Positions 7,963 to 9,483 of a stretch of 9,483 bases of DNA are shown piece by piece. Position numbers and translations under genes: made by a program. Under the pieces are notes generated by a model. That model did no database searches, had not been told where the DNA came from, and was given only the letters and a program-made list of their open reading frames with translations. The stretch spans positions 1-9,483 of the forward strand of contig NW_021827023.1 in the NCBI RefSeq assembly GCF_006345805.1, in the 5' to 3' direction. Source of the stretch: Octopus sinensis. Taxonomy: Eukaryota. Numbering within the stretch: the first letter of the stretch is position 1; each line of letters starts with the position of its first letter.

Positions 7963-7990
7963 CATATATATATATATATATATATATAAA

Positions 7991-8031
<41 letters not shown>

Positions 8032-8146
8032 AAAAATAGTGATGCATGCATGTTGTAAATTGATAGAGATAAATATACATACACTCAGGCACGCACTTAC
8101 ACGTTTAGACATATAAATACACACATATAGAAACAAGTGCGTACAG

Positions 8147-8185
<39 letters not shown>

Positions 8186-8688
8186 GCTATACACAAACAT
8201 ACACACACAGACAGAGGCACTCAAACATAGATACTCACATACGTATATATACTGGAAAGTACGAACAGATAAATATACACAGGTATACACAGACATACAC
8301 ACGTACGCATAAACACACACATAAACACACACATAAACAGACAAGTACATACATGTTCATACACATACACACAGTTATACACAGGCATTCGCGCACACAG
8401 ACACTCACATACATATACAGAAAATTACATACAGATTCATACACATACAAACAGGTATATACACACACACACACAAACATTCAATTACATATACAGACAG
8501 GTACATACATATTCATATACATACACACACACACACGCACACATACACAGACACGCACACACATAGACTCTTATCATTACACACACACACAGACATAACA
8601 TACACATCTATACACACTGACACAAACACACACAAAGACAGACAGGTTCACACACTCACATTCGTCTACATACATACACATTTATATT

Positions 8689-8728
<40 letters not shown>

Positions 8729-8902
8729 TATTATATACATATATACATATATATATACATATATATGCATATATGCATATGTATATGTGTATATTGTTAT
8801 ATATATATATATGTATATATGCATGCATATATATATATATACATATATATGCATATGTATATGTGTATATATATATATATATGGTGTGTGTATATAATTG
8901 TT

Positions 8903-8943
<41 letters not shown>

Positions 8944-8986
8944 TATATACGTATGTCGACATGAATGTATATATTGTGGGTGATCG

Positions 8987-9028
<42 letters not shown>

Positions 9029-9048
9029 TATATATATATGTATATATA
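7963..9048. repeat. Long degenerate microsatellite tract (TA, CA/CATA/CAGA, TA/TATG)
   Basis: TA at 7963-8025 and 8150-8180, CA-rich ~8180-8680, TA/TATG ~8690-9048. Confidence 0.9.
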
Positions 9049-9244
9049 TCACCCATTACTAATTACTGCTTGAAAAGAAGACATTCTGTAAAAGAGACCT
9101 GACAGAGGCGAGCGTCAGTGAGTCTGGTGATTGATATGCAGATCGAACAATCGATACTAGAAATCAATATAATTTCATTAATTGAATACTCTTTTATAAT
9201 TATATTTTTTTCGCAGTGTTTTGCGGTTTGTATCGTCCGCAGAT

Positions 9245-9483
9245 GTGGGGAGAGGTGGGAGGAGAGTGAGAAAGAGAGGAGGGAGGAAGAGATAGAGATG
9301 AAGAGTGTGTGTGTTCTTCACTAGTGTGTGTTTGTTGTTTGCGTACGATATACATGTGTGTGTGTAAAGGTTTGTGTTCGTGTGTATGTATGAATATTTA
9401 CATACCTGTAAGTATTTATAGATATCTGTATGCATAAATATGTATAGATATATATTTATTTATAGATATATGCATATATGTAT
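9245..9483. repeat. Low-complexity GA-rich tract followed by TG/TA tracts
   Basis: Purine-rich 9247-9305, then TG- and TA-rich to the end of the window. Confidence 0.75.

Noticed and set aside
7326-9052. Poly-I/N/K/L and YIYI/HTHT ORFs
   Set aside because: They are microsatellite translations with no protein-like complexity.
9200-9245. Splice acceptor-like TTTTTTTCGCAG and TCGTCCGCAG
   Set aside because: The downstream sequence is low-complexity GA/TG with no convincing exon.

Overview
Eukaryotic, AT-rich and microsatellite-rich non-genic DNA. The tRNA-headed SINE and the repeat landscape resemble Octopus (cephalopod) DNA, which is an inference from recalled repeat families. No intact host gene is supported. 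In order, the window holds: (1) a 5'-truncated RTE-type LINE insertion (about 1812-4762) flanked by a 9/10 target-site duplication, in which one internal 198-bp (66-codon, stop-free) ORF segment is reiterated about 13.3 times before the native C-terminus and a (TGA)n tail; (2) a decayed R4/Dong-type (zinc knuckle plus restriction-like endonuclease) LINE 3' end at 4838-5477; (3) a 556-bp non-coding element embedded in (ATT)n; (4) a structured, terminally repeated unit (6286-7237) carrying a minus-strand type I hammerhead ribozyme-like motif and interrupted by a tRNA-derived SINE (6678-7105); (5) a compound AAT/AAC/AAG microsatellite with fold-back ends; and (6) a cluster of five ACGTG/E-box motifs at 7786-7949. 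Nearly all ORFs in the supplied track outside 1800-4750 are microsatellite artefacts.
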